DNA of 64,000 bases, from positions 7,936,001 to 8,000,000 of the forward strand of contig CM120647.1 in assembly GCA_051362555.1 (NCBI GenBank), given 5' to 3'. This DNA comes from Lingula anatina (lineage: Eukaryota; Animalia; Brachiopoda). Shown here in pieces: positions 26,414-38,058 of the stretch. A program made the position numbers and the translations under genes. A model generated the notes under the pieces. It saw only the letters and a list, made by a program, of their open reading frames with translations. It had not been told where the DNA came from and did not search any database. How positions within the stretch are numbered: position 1 is the stretch's first letter; every line of letters starts with the position of its first letter.

Positions 26414-27316
26414 GTGATGGCTCTTCAGTTTCAAACTGCATGAAAGTTTGCGAACTCTTTAAAAGCCAGACCTGCAGGAATGGGGTGTTTAGATTGTGGG
26501 GGGAGGCTTAAATGATCATTTTTTTTTTTTTTTTTCTTTTTTTTACCGTGCGGGAAAAGATCTGCTTTTAATCAAAAACTTGATCTGGTTTCTATTTAAC
26601 ATTTGGGGGTTTTGGTAAAAAGTTTTTTAGAAAAAGAACCCCCACCCCCACCTCTTGCAATTACTGGCTAGAGGCCTGAATTTATTAGTCTTTCTTTCAC
26701 ACATTTCACTGTCCTTTCTCTTTTGTTTTCAGGTACTATTGTTGCCATCCATAATAATATGACAAACGATACTGTCATAGATATTTCCCTTTTCAGAACT
26801 ACATAGAAGTGTTTGAACATTGAATATGTGTGAACTGATCTGGGTGCATTTGTTTTCTTTGCCTGCTTGTAATTTTTGTCCTGTCTATTCAGGTGAATTC
26901 AGAAAATGCCTTTTAATTTCCCTTTCAGGTACTTCTTTTCTTATGGAAATTAAGGAGAAATTAGCTTAACTATTGACGATATTTCCATATGTCTTAAGGG
27001 TATTTTATATATACTATATATGCACTGTAAAAAACTATACAATAGTAATTGGAATCTTTCATTTTCTATTCAAATAAAATGTGACATTTTTCTTTTATAG
27101 ACTTAATATCTATTTTTGCCTTGTGCAATTAACAATTTTTTTTCAAAATAAGGAATATTTTAATTTATTCTTAACGATCTGTGCTAGCTGTACTTTTACA
27201 GTGGCATTCTAACATGGGCATGAAGACCTTCTGCCACAAATGAGATTCAGTTTGTATTTTTATATTTATTTATTTATTTATTGTATTTATTGTATTTAAT
27301 AATCTTATTATTACAG

Positions 27317-27370
27317 AGCTGTGAGAGAAGAGCGAGAGAGAGGCCGTACAGTGTCGCCCCCAGCCATGAG
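27317..27370 (+). CDS. RIMS: RIM repeat exon 8 (AVREERERGRTVSPPAMR), 54 nt
   Basis: ttacag| ... ag|gtaagt (strong donor); paralogous to the end of exon 23510-23747. Confidence 0.8.
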
Positions 27371-27653
27371 GTAAGTCAAGTGGTTCCATCTACCAGTGGT
27401 TTCAAATATCACTGAAAGCTTTAACTTTATATTGAAATAATTAACTTTCTTATTTCAGCAAAATCTCTGATTTTTGTTAATTCGAAAATTTTACTTATGA
27501 TAAGTCATTTTACATACCTACAATATGTTTTGGAAACCTATTGTGAGAAAAAGTGCCATGCTTATTATTTCTGCAAAATTATATCATCTGTATCTTATAT
27601 TTTTACTGCTTTATTTCAGTGCTTTAATTTTATAATTATATTATATATTATAG

Positions 27654-27787
27654 AGGCAAGGAAGTCTCCACCAGGGTGAGAAGTTTATCCCAAACCCGTG
27701 GGTCCAGCCCCCAAAGTACACCTTCCCCAAAGAAACGACAGCTCCCGCAGATTCCACCACAGGCCCAGGGAGCAGGGAGAGACAGAG
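27654..27787 (+). CDS. RIMS: RIM exon with RIM-BP SH3-binding motif (KKRQLPQIPP)
   Basis: RQLPQxP is the established RIM-BP-binding motif; tatag| ... g|gtatgg. Confidence 0.93.
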
Positions 27788-28442
27788 GTATGGAGGACTG
27801 AAACAGAGATTTTTTTTAATTTAATTTTTTGTTTTTTTATAAAGTCAACTTCAAAACCTTGCATTGAAAGATGCCTACTTTCCTACTTTTAGATCTCTCA
27901 AACCTCCCCCCTTTTTTTTTAAATAAATTTTATTTCAAGAAGTTGCTACAATTTGTATAGAATGTTCAATAGCAAGTGAAGTTACTGGGACTTTTACAAG
28001 GATTTTTTATACTTGACTGATTTGATTTTTGTTTGTTTTTCTACAACATGTAGACTTTTAAGGCAAGTTACTAGCAATTGTGAAAATAATTTAATACTTT
28101 AATACATTTTATGAGTACAGATGGTATAGGTTATAGAAAAAAAGATACCACGAATGAAGACAAAGGAAAGCAAATATCTTTGGTTGCATAAACATTACAA
28201 GGAAAACAATTTGCATTGAAGTAAATATCTTGTCAGGTCTTACAGAAATAAAAATAAATTAACTTCTTTTCTCATTTGAAAGCATTCAGTGTGCCAATGC
28301 TAGGGTCCAGTTACCTTTCCAGACTGTCTACAGGTTTACCTCTTTATTTTACAAGTGTGCATTTACGTTTTTGAATTTAGAAAGATTTTTTCAGTGCCAT
28401 TGAAAAGATCACACCATGTGTGTCACATTTAAGCTAAATTTG

Positions 28443-28660
28443 TCTCACTTTGAATGATGTAGTCTCAGTTTGAAATTGGGGTGACCTCACTTTGAATATT
28501 GTAGTCTCACTCTGAAGCTGGAGAAGGCCTCATTTAAACACTGTAGCCTCAGAACCTTGAGTGAACTCACTTTGAATATATAATCTCACTCTACAGCTGG
28601 AGTGGCTTCACCTTAAATATTGTGGTCTGCTGGCTTAAATGTTGGACTGGCCTCATTTTA
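28443..28660. repeat. Degenerate ~42-bp minisatellite (ctcactttgaatattgtagtctcact...)
   Basis: Recurrent ctcactttgaa / gtagtctcac motifs. Confidence 0.65.
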
Positions 28661-29399
28661 AAGAATGTTTTCTTACTTAAAAGTGTTTGTGGATTAAGTA
28701 CTTTGAATAACACAGTCACACTTACAGCTGGTGATTTTCAACTCTGTTCAATAAAAAAATAGTAAACAAGCAGCACATTTTATTTTGTATTATGGTTTTG
28801 TCACTTTGCAAATACCCAGGTTGCATTTGACTTAACACACAGAACTTAGGTGCCTTATGGTAAATTTGGATAGTGACATCCCAAGTAACGAGCTTAACTT
28901 TGGTCATCCTCATTCAGAGTATTTGCGTTACAGTGGCTTGAATAAACTGAATATACTAAACTATTTACTCACATTGAAATAAATATTTGTAATAGCTGGG
29001 TAAAAATCTGAACAATAGCACAAGATGGCCTCAAATATGTTTGATCACTGACTGGCAGAAACGTATATTTAAGGGTAAATCATCCTTATCTCTTTGTAAT
29101 GTCAAAGTGACTTATTGTCTGTGGGGGAAAGAGTTAGGGTTTAGTGTTATTGTCTTAGGTCAATTTTTCATAGTGCAAAAATCAGGTTATAAATTATTAT
29201 CACCATAAAATATGTAAAGTCAGGTTGGTCAACAGCATTTTTAAAAGAGGGAGGGTATTTTTTAAGTGGAACTTTTTACTTTTAAATCAAACTCAATATA
29301 CAAAGTTTTTAATTCAAAGAAGAGCTTTTCCTGGCCAAAAGTACTTCTCGCAGAAAAAAACATCAGTATAATTGTCTTTCATCTTTATCTTCAACCCAG

Positions 29400-29600
29400 T
29401 AACTCAAGATCTAGAAGAGCGTGCCAGACAGATGAAAATGAGGATGAAGGTGCCAGGAGGTGGTGGGATGTCTGATAGTGAAGCAGGATACAGATCCCAC
29501 TCGCGGGACCGACGGGAGTCCTCCATGGACCGTTATTACCGGGAAGGTCGAATGCAAGGTCGGGAACCTCGAGAAGTTACACGTACACGCAGGATCCATG
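29400..29600 (+). CDS. RIMS: RIM exon (LEERARQMKMRMK...)
   Basis: EER.RQMKM motif as in RIM1; cccag| ... g|gtatct. Confidence 0.88.
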
Positions 29601-30942
29601 GTATCTCCTCTTTAGTTTGCTTCCAGTGTGTGGTTTTTCTTATGTTGTTTCATAATTTTTTGACACTTGCATGGTATGTTTATGTCACAGTTGAGATGAA
29701 AATCCAAGAAGATTGCCAATTGGCCCTAGTAATGCACCATACTGGATTTTTGCTAAGGCATATTGCCATTTGGTATGCCCTTGATCTTTTTGCCAGAAGC
29801 TATTGTAAAAAAAATTCACAAGTTTTATTTTTGCATACTAGCTTTAATACTCTAAAATATACCGTAATCATGAAAGTAAGATTTTCATGGACAGATGTAA
29901 AAAAGAAAATGTATGTATTTATTGCAACAGTTACATTTCCTGTGTAACCTGCTACAAAGTGAAGAGATCATCTGTCCTGTTATTTTCATTGTGCAGCTTC
30001 TTTTTTCCTGTCATTTTTCATGCACACATTTGCTTCCCTTTTTTAACTACAACAAAAAATATCATTATAACAGTTTTCTCCTCCATCCCTCCCCAGCAAA
30101 AGCCAGTAATGGTTCAAGCATGTGGCAAGAAATAAAGATAGAGTCAAACATTCCATCTTGTGAAGCTTTCAGGCATGCATGAAGAGTTGTATTACAGTTT
30201 CTGTACAGATCCATTTAGAGAGTCTTAAGAGAGAACTAAAGTTATGCAGCATTTTTCATACCAATGTTTCACAAAAATTGTAAATTAAACAGTATTTTTT
30301 GTTTTATTTCAAATTTGTAGGTTCCTTTTGAAAATCTGCATGATTGAAATATTTTTACAAAAGTTTTTTTTTTCTTTTTTTTTATGTGAATATTGTTGCA
30401 ATGTTTTTTGCAGTTTAGTATCTGTACATTTGCTAGCTTTGCTGTCCAGCTTCTGTCTCTTAAGTAGTTCCTCTGAGTAATTCTCATATTTAATTTTGTA
30501 TACTCCCAGTGGTGAAAGCAACCCATTCCAAATACATCTTTTTAGGTCATCACTTTTAAAAGCTCTTGGTCAAGTTTAGGTAATAGGTAATATAAATTAA
30601 GCAAAGTTTAGCAACAAGACTTATTGTGAAACGGCACAGTGTTGTATAGCATGACTTATTTCCAGAAGACAATTTCATTTTTGATACAGTGGAACAACTT
30701 TGTATTCCATGCTAAAAGTAGACTATAGGGTTCTGCAAATGGGAAATTTCATTATTATATCTTAAAGCAAGAGATTTCACCTTTTTTTAATTAGAATAGA
30801 CTAATGGTTAAAAATAAATGCTCTAAGTTAATGAGATTCCACTTAACTAATGTAGTAATAAGAGCCTAATAGTAAATGAAGTAAGGCCCTTTTGACATCA
30901 AGCAGTACAGTTTCCTGTATAATGCCAGTATGAATGGTCCTA

Positions 30943-31129
30943 AGAGCACATTCAGAACAGCGGACTAACAGATCTGTGGATCAAATATGCCAACCCACTA
31001 AAAAGCTTGCCACTTAATTCATGTTTAAATGCTGAATAGATTCCCCTCTGGAATTATGCACCAAGCACTCCAGTAGGTCAGCCATATTTGGTCAGTGGAT
31101 TTGAAAGTCTGCTGTTCTGAATGCGCTCT
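30943..31129. mobile_element. AGAGCGCATTCAGAACAGCGGA-TIR MITE (Harbinger-like)
   Basis: Long TIRs; homologous copy at 45151-45326. Confidence 0.75.
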
Positions 31130-31230
31130 TTGTCAATACTTCTAACTGGTGCCATACAAAAAAACATAGATCACTCAATGTGGAAAGGCTACTTGTCAGT
31201 GTATTTATTAATTACTATGCTTCGTAACAG

Positions 31231-31366
31231 ATCCCTATGGTGGAGAGATGGGAGATGAACCCTGGCTCAGTGATGGATCGGAGACGAGTGTCATGTCGGA
31301 GATGTCAAAGGTCAGCACCATCAGCGTGAGGTCAACACAGTCAGAAAAGCCCCGTAGGAAATTAAG
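31231..31366 (+). CDS. RIMS: RIM exon (..SDGSETSVMSEMSKVSTISVRSTQSEKPRRKLS)
   Basis: S.QSE.PR motif; aacag| ... ag|gtaagg. Confidence 0.92.
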
Positions 31367-31604
31367 GTAAGGAAGATGCTGGTAATGAAAATTTTAAAGG
31401 TAAATCTTTTATTTTCTTATTTCAAGTGAGTAACCTTGCTTCATATCTATGAGTCAATGCATCTTTAACAACATTACATAGCTACCTGTAGAAGATGAGA
31501 CAAAACAACTGCATCAATGCTAGATTGTTTGTGATTGGCACAGCTGGTTACAAAACATTGCATATTTGTTTATTTAATTATTCTCATATTATATCTTTAT
31601 TCAG

Positions 31605-31840
31605 TGAGTTTGCATCTAAAATGGAGAGTCGTGGACCACCATCCAGGCGGAATGTAAACCGAACCCAAAGCAGTGGAGATCTGAACTCCAGCGAGCAAGC
31701 AGATGGCAGTATGTCAGACTCTGCCGTCTCCTCGGGGATGACAGAAAGACGTAAGAGGCGCCCTAGCATTGGAGTTAAGATGGCGGCTCTCATGGGGCTG
31801 TCTAAAAAGAGTAGCAGCGCCTCCCAGCTCTCGGCTACGG
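31605..31840 (+). CDS. RIMS: RIM exon (EFASKMESR..DGSMSDSAV..KRRPSIGVKMAALMGLSKKSSSASQLSAT)
   Basis: Conserved RIM motifs; ttcag| ... g|gtatga. Confidence 0.95.
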
Positions 31841-32774
31841 GTATGAAGAAGTATTTGGGTATCTTCAATGTGTCAGATTTAGTGTCAGTAGTAGTGGGAA
31901 TCACTATTATATGGATCTAGGCAACATATCTTCTGAAGAATGATACATCGTATATTTATACCCCATGTGCCATGTACTAGTAGTTCCTTCTGATCTGGTA
32001 CAAGGGTGTATCTAAATTTTAAAAATTACATGTGTACACACAATTCCAATTTTTGGAATAATTTGTTCATGTAGGTCATGTTTTTCCCTCACCTACCTGA
32101 GCTTGAAACCCAGTTGTTATTGAAGGAAATCTTCCCTCTTTCTCTCCCTCCCCTTGCAAAGAAATGAAAATGAATGTTCCTACATCTTACTTGTAGCTCT
32201 TACAAATTTTCACCACTGGTTGTTTATGAGTGTGTTATTTAGGCCATGTTTACAAGCAGTTCCAATTTTCCTAGATTGTTTTGGTCAAGAATTTCCATAT
32301 TTACATTGTTGTCAGTTTCATGTTTGGTGGAGTGGCAGTTGAAGTGCACTATTTTATCACAGTTATTGCGGCCAAAAACGTGATACAAGAAAATATATCA
32401 ATTTTTAAAACTTAATTCTTTAAAAGGGAATTCTTGATAAAAGGGTATTAAAGATGACACATACATGCTGTAGTTGTTAAATGAATTGTATAATACCCTT
32501 GCTATACCATAATCAAAACAAATTGAGTTAAGCTATAAATTTAAATTTGAAAATTGAACATCACTTATACTTGCTGTGGTTTATGTTATAGTCTGTGCAC
32601 CCCCCCTCCATTCTGATGTTTTCTTGCTGTCACATACAAGTGCAGTACCATTTTATACAAATTAATTATAATTAAAATTTGGCTCATTGAAATTCACACC
32701 ATTTAGCACTGCCAAAGATGAATTTAAGAAAAAGAGGTGAAAATTTTATGCAAATTTCTGTAATATTTCAGCAG

Positions 32775-32843
32775 ATGATAATTCAAAGAGAGCTAAGAAA
32801 ATGAAAGGAAAAACACTTCGCTCTTTTCTCGGCAAAAACTCAG
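32775..32843 (+). CDS. RIMS: Putative RIM cassette exon (DDNSKRAKKMKGKTLRSFLGKNS), 69 nt
   Basis: tttcagcag| ... cag|gtagag; symmetric phase 1-1, no stop. Confidence 0.55.
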
Positions 32844-34790
32844 GTAGAGTTGCATTTAAATCCAAAAGTTGGATAGCAAGTTAGTCCGTTAGACAGTATT
32901 TACTACAGGCTTTTAGTCCAGTGCTGTTAGCAAGCTTAGAGATAGGCAGCACGCCAAGAGTTAGGCAGCACACCCAAAGTCAAGCAACACGCTAAGAGTT
33001 AGGCTGCTTTGGAACAGGTAATAAGTCTGCTTTGCATCCTGCTTTTCACAAGTAATCTGCAATTATTAAGAGCATTTCAGTTGCAAAGATCTAGGGATCA
33101 CTTTATACAAAATGAATAATGGAAAATATTTAATTGTAGGAGTTTCAAACATGAATAATTAATATCTGGACTTGGTAGTTTCCCCTTTTTAATTAATTTC
33201 CTGTTTAAGCCAGCAGATCTATATTAGGAATGAGCCTAGAATAAATTTCAGAAGAGAGAGACTCTGACACTGAAAAATAAAAAAATAGTAATTAATAAAA
33301 TTTAAATTTGCCTGGGAGTTGGTACTACTCTGAATTGAGATCATTAATGCTAGCTCTGTTGCATGCAGGGATATTTTTTCTGTTTTGGGCTATGGCACCT
33401 TTGTGTGCAAAAAATGAAGGGCTGTGGGTGTCTTATAAGTTACAGTATCAGTTTTTATGCTATTATCCATGTAATAACTTTTATTGGTTCAGCCGTGATT
33501 TTTAGAATTTTTAAAAAAATTTTATTTGCAGCACAAATTAAAAAACATTTAGAACACAAAACATTTATTTAGAACATACTGTTCTTAAACTTTTTTTTTG
33601 CTTTCAATTGCTTAAATTGGTAGTTATTATATATATAACATCACTGTATTTTACATGTAGGTAGTTTGATATTAGAACATTTAAAACAGAGCTTAAGCAT
33701 TAATGATTGACAGTTTTTCTTTTCTATTTTGAACTAATTTTCAACGGTTTGAACAAATTGGTTGTGATATATTATTCCTTTTTAACTTAACTTCGTGTGC
33801 CCTTTATCAAATTTTCTAATCTTTATTTATAACTGAAAGCAGTAAGTTGCCACTTACAGCTCTTTAAGTTGTGCTTTTAGTCTTTATTATCTAATATTTA
33901 TAAGCTAGACCTGTAATATTTCAATTTTTAGCTAGATTTTAGTAGAGATGGTTCATAATGTGTGTATTACTAATTGTAGTTGTAGATTTGGTGTGATATT
34001 TTACATGACTTTTTATTGGCTTTTTTATGATGATCTTTTTTGGCCAGTAAGTTAAACCCAACAGAAAATATTCAGAGTATTTTTTTCTTTTGTTTTAGTG
34101 AAAAATATGCTGTTGTTAAAGAGAGAGAAAAAAAAGAAAAAATGAACAGCCTTTTGCAACCCTTGCCTTGAACTTTATGTCAATTTGATATTCAGGAAAT
34201 GTGTTATAGCTAATGTTGCCCACTTTTATTTTATGCAGCTATATATCCATCATCCTTGTATTTAAACACTAAATAAAAAATTATAATCGGTGTGCAAAAA
34301 ATATAGAACACTTTAAACAAAAGTATCTAATTTTAATATGAGTTACCCACCTCTTACTTTCAACCCCTACCCCCTTACCCCGTTTATTATAGAAGTGCTG
34401 AGTGACATGTTTTGATCTTCTTGTGACCTTGGTGTGACCTTTGTGTCTATTGGTTGATTTTGATGTCGTCTGCAACTCACTGTTGTAGTGAAGCACAATA
34501 TTTGATTTACTCACATAAATATTTTAATTGATATATTTAAGAAAACAAATTAAGTAGTACTGATATATTGTTTTTGTAAAGGAATTGAATTTTATGAGTT
34601 AAATGGAAGTGCTAGTATGAGAAATATATGTCATGCAATTAATAGAGGTAAAAAATTAAGCAGTTGAGATTATTCAAGTCAGTACAGTGTATTTGCATCT
34701 GTAAACATCCTGTTAAATGTGAACAAACTTTTAAAAAGGGTCTAATTAACAACCAACTCCTGACCTTAAGATTTTATTTTGTTCCCACAG

Positions 34791-35013
34791 ATTCAGGTAC
34801 CAAAAAATCCAAAAGTAAAAGTACATTTCAACGCAGTGAAGAAATAGGAACCATTCCCCCAGGTAACCTTGGTGGCATGGGTAGCCATGGTGACCAGATG
34901 GCGATGATGCTAGGTCATGGGTCACAGTCACCTCTCCGAGGGCGTATGATCAAGCAGGCCAGCAAGGACTCCACTGATGGAAGTATTGGGAGTATTAGCA
35001 GTGATTCATCTTC
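34791..35013 (+). CDS. RIMS: RIM exon (..STFQRSEEIG..MIKQASKDSTDGSIGSISSDSS)
   Basis: QRS.E.G and QAS.(D/E)STDGS RIM motifs; cacag| ... |gtaagt. Confidence 0.95.
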
Positions 35014-35451
35014 GTAAGTACTGGGAACTTTTTAATTGTATTAATTTGCAAGGTAGTAAAGGAAACTTTTAGAAAGAAACAGCAAACAGAGAAATATGTA
35101 CCATCAGAAATGAAACTGACTGGCCACTGTCTCCATTCCAAGAGTGATTCAGTAAGTAGATCATAGAATTCAAAAACTTGGGTCTGAACAGTAATTCTTG
35201 GCTCAGTTAAAGGTATGGTTTCTCTTGTATGTTTGTTGTTAATTGTTGGAAATATTGAAGCAATGAGTTTGCAGGAGTTTGCAAAAAAAATCTATTGCTG
35301 CTAATTTGCAGCCATGTTGCAGCATATTTGCAAGAAGAAATTACAGTTTGCAACAATATTGCAGCTAATTTGATGTAAATTTGCTACGAATTTGTGGCAT
35401 GCCTGATACATGTAAGTTGCTAAGGGAAGTTATGAACAATTTTTACTTCAG

Positions 35452-35669
35452 GATGTGGCTTCCCCAAGGCATGAGAGTGGGCCCAGAGGGTCAATTTGGG
35501 GACTTTGTGGACAATCTCGGACCTGGTCAGTTAGTTGGCCGACAGGTGTTGGGGCTGTCCTGTCTGGGTGATATCCAGCTCAGTCTCAGCGAAAAGAAAG
35601 GTCACTTGGAGGTTGAGGTCATCAGGGCGAGGGGCTTGCAGCAGAAAAGTGGGGCAAAGATATTACCAG
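35452..35669 (+). CDS. RIMS: RIM C2B exon 1 (QFGDFVDNLGPGQLVGRQVL..GDIQ..LEVEVIRARGL)
   Basis: Diagnostic RIM C2B-proximal sequence. Confidence 0.97.
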
Positions 35670-36229
35670 GTAAAGCCAGTAGGGTGAATTAACATTGATT
35701 TGACTGTGCATACACACCAGTCCATATAACACCATAGACTGTGTCAAAATTTAAAGCCTCTTAAGGTGTGAAAGTATGTGGGCTAGTGTTATATAGAATT
35801 TAGTTTTTATATGCCTTTTTAGGTGAGCAGTTGCCTCTCATAGATTTATCTTACATAGTAAGAGCAAGTTCATTTTGAAGGTCTATCAATACCTTCTTGC
35901 TTGTCGACTGCATGGTTTCATGCAGTTACTCTGCTGACTTGATCACATCTTCAAGCAGAAGTGATGGGATACCATAATTACTGAATGTACTTTATTTTTC
36001 ATCAGAACTGTTAAAATAAAAAAAGCAGCATGTCTGTTATTGAACAGAAAGGTTAAGGATATACTACACATAGGTTATTCTATTAGCAGTCACATATACA
36101 AAAAACTGAACTACTACCTTATGGCTCAACTGCAAAGTCATACCTTAACCAGCAAGTACAGTTGTATAAACTATAGGCAAACTATGACAAGATGGCAGAC
36201 AAGATTATCATTTTTCGTTCTATTTTCAG

Positions 36230-36369
36230 CCCCCTATGTGAAAGTGTACTTAATGGAAGGAAAGAATTGTGCTGAAAAGCAGAAGACCATCATTGCCAGG
36301 CGAACGCTGGATCCTCTGTATCAACAACAGATTGTTTTCAATGAGGATTACCATGGGAAAGTAGTTCAG
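36230..36369 (+). CDS. RIMS: RIM C2B exon 2 (APYVKVYL..KTIIARRTLDPLYQQQIVFNEDYHGKVVQ)
   Basis: Diagnostic C2B sequence; first donor at 36370. Confidence 0.96.
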
Positions 36370-36629
36370 GTAGGAGAGGGTACAGATGATTTTGTTTTCA
36401 ATGAGGATTACCATGGGAAAGTAGTTCAGGTAGGAGAGGGTACAGATGATTTTGTTTTCAATGAGGATTACCATGGGAAAGTTGTTCAGGTAGGAGAGGG
36501 TACAGATGATTTTGTTTTCAATGAGGATTACCATGGGAAAGTAGTTCAGGTAGGAGAGGGTACAGATGATTTTGTTTTCAATGAGGGTTACCATGGGAAA
36601 GTAGTTCAGGTAGGAGAGGGTACAGATGA
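36332..36629 (+). repeat. 60-bp tandem repeat x~5 spanning the exon/intron junction
   Basis: Unit ttgttttcaatgaggattaccatgggaaagtagttcag|gtaggagagggtacagatgatt; only two internal substitutions seen. Confidence 0.97.
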
Positions 36630-36659
36630 AGATTTAGGCCCAATTTTTTGTTTTATACT

Positions 36660-36827
36660 CAGGGGAGGGTCCAGAGATATTTCATGACATTCTTCAAGTT
36701 ATCCTTGTTGATCTATCCTCCATTTTTGACCCGTCTTCTGACAGAAAAAATTAGATACCCGTCAATGTAAACTTGAAAATCTGACCGTCTTCCGGAAGAC
36801 CCACAAGACAGTCTTAATCCATCCCTG
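36660..36827 (+). mobile_element. CAGGGG-TIR MITE, copy 2
   Basis: Homologous to 13782-13949; 5-bp TSD atact. Confidence 0.85.
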
Positions 36828-36870
36828 ATACTGGTATATGATACAAATGTAAGACTAAAAGTTTGTCTTA

Positions 36871-37097
36871 GGGTGCTTTCCCAGAGATTTTGATTGATCT
36901 AAAGATCTAAAGTTTTAGATCGACCCAACTCCCTGGGGGTTCACGCTAAATTGCAGTCAGCTGAGCAGGCACCATAGTTAATTACCCCCTTACAGCTTTT
37001 AGTAGGCGGGACAGACGCTTAAGCCGGCCAAGCTGACAGTAATCTAGTGAGACTCCCCACAGGGATAGATCGATCTAAAATTTATGGAAATGGGGTG
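36871..37097. mobile_element. PIF/Harbinger-like MITE
   Basis: TIRs gggtgctttccca / tggaaatggggtg; 3-bp TSD tta; homologs at 44494, 47151, 61761. Confidence 0.8.
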
Positions 37098-37433
37098 TTA
37101 ATCTCAGAATTGATAATTCTGGTCATCTGAACCCAAGATTACTTCATTGCAGTAAACCCAAATGAATTGGCCAATGTTTTCCTTATTTTATCCTAAGATT
37201 GTTATACAATGTTTGGATTCACTTGTTAGCCTTATATTCCATCACATTTTAATTTTGCATATCCCAGCTTGAATATATTTGCCTACTAGTTAGTATATAT
37301 ATGACATTAACCTTTAAGTATGTTATATTCATGAATCTCGACATGCATATTTTCCAGTCCCAGAGAGTCCAAATTATGTAGTGTGTACTGTATTATATTA
37401 ACATACATTAAATATTTCCTTGCTATCTTCCAG

Positions 37434-37676
37434 GTCACAGTTTGGGGCGATTACGGGAGAATGGAACGCAAAGTATTCATGGGCGTAGCTCAGATTTTAC
37501 TGGATGATTTAGATCTGTCCAACATTGTGATTGGTTGGTATAAACTGTTCCCTGCCTCCTCATTGGTCAATGCAGGCAGTAGTGGGAGTGGCGGTGGCAG
37601 CGGTGGGTCGACCCGACGTAACTCTTCCTCCTCTTTGGACAGTCAATATAATAGCGCCTCTAGTTCAGTCAGGTGA
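37434..37676 (+). CDS. RIMS: RIM terminal coding exon, end of C2B (VTVWGDYGRMERKVFMGVAQILLDDLDLSNIVIGWYKLFP...*)
   Basis: Near-invariant RIM C2B end; tccag|gtc; TGA at 37674-37676. Confidence 0.98.
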   Translation, partial: VTVWGDYGRMERKVFMGVAQILLDDLDLSNIVIGWYKLFPASSLVNAGSSGSGGGSGGSTRRNSSSSLDSQYNSASSSVR

Positions 37677-37890
37677 TGTTGTGACTTGGCGCAGCAAAGG
37701 GGGTAAAACAGGGTTGCCAAAATCCCAAGAGTAGTCCTCAAAATGAATAGGTCTATTCTTTATAACATCATTTTAAATTTTTAAAGAATTGGAATCAGTA
37801 GTATTAAGATTTCATAGAGTTCTGGCCCTGCGTATGCCTTCCTAGAGATACAAATGGACATGCATAGCGGATTTCTTTTTCATCTTCTCA

Positions 37891-38058
37891 CAGGGGCGGA
37901 TTTAGGCCGTCTTGTGGGTCTTCCAGAAGACGGTCAGATTTTCAAGTTTACATTGATGGGTATCCAATTTTTCATGTTGGAAGACGGTCAAAATTGGAGG
38001 ATGAATCAACAAAGATAATTTGGAAGACTGTCAGTATATAGCTCTGGATCCGCCCCTG
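37891..38058 (-). mobile_element. CAGGGG-TIR MITE, copy 3 (inverted, in RIM 3'UTR)
   Basis: Reverse complement of the 13782 copy; 6-bp TSD ttctca. Confidence 0.85.

Noticed and set aside
36332-36629. Regular repeat resembling a CRISPR array
   Set aside because: Units are head-to-tail identical with no unique spacers, context is eukaryotic and there are no cas genes.
36040-36687. 215-aa ORF as a standalone repeat protein
   Set aside because: It is the RIM C2B exon plus intronic read-through.
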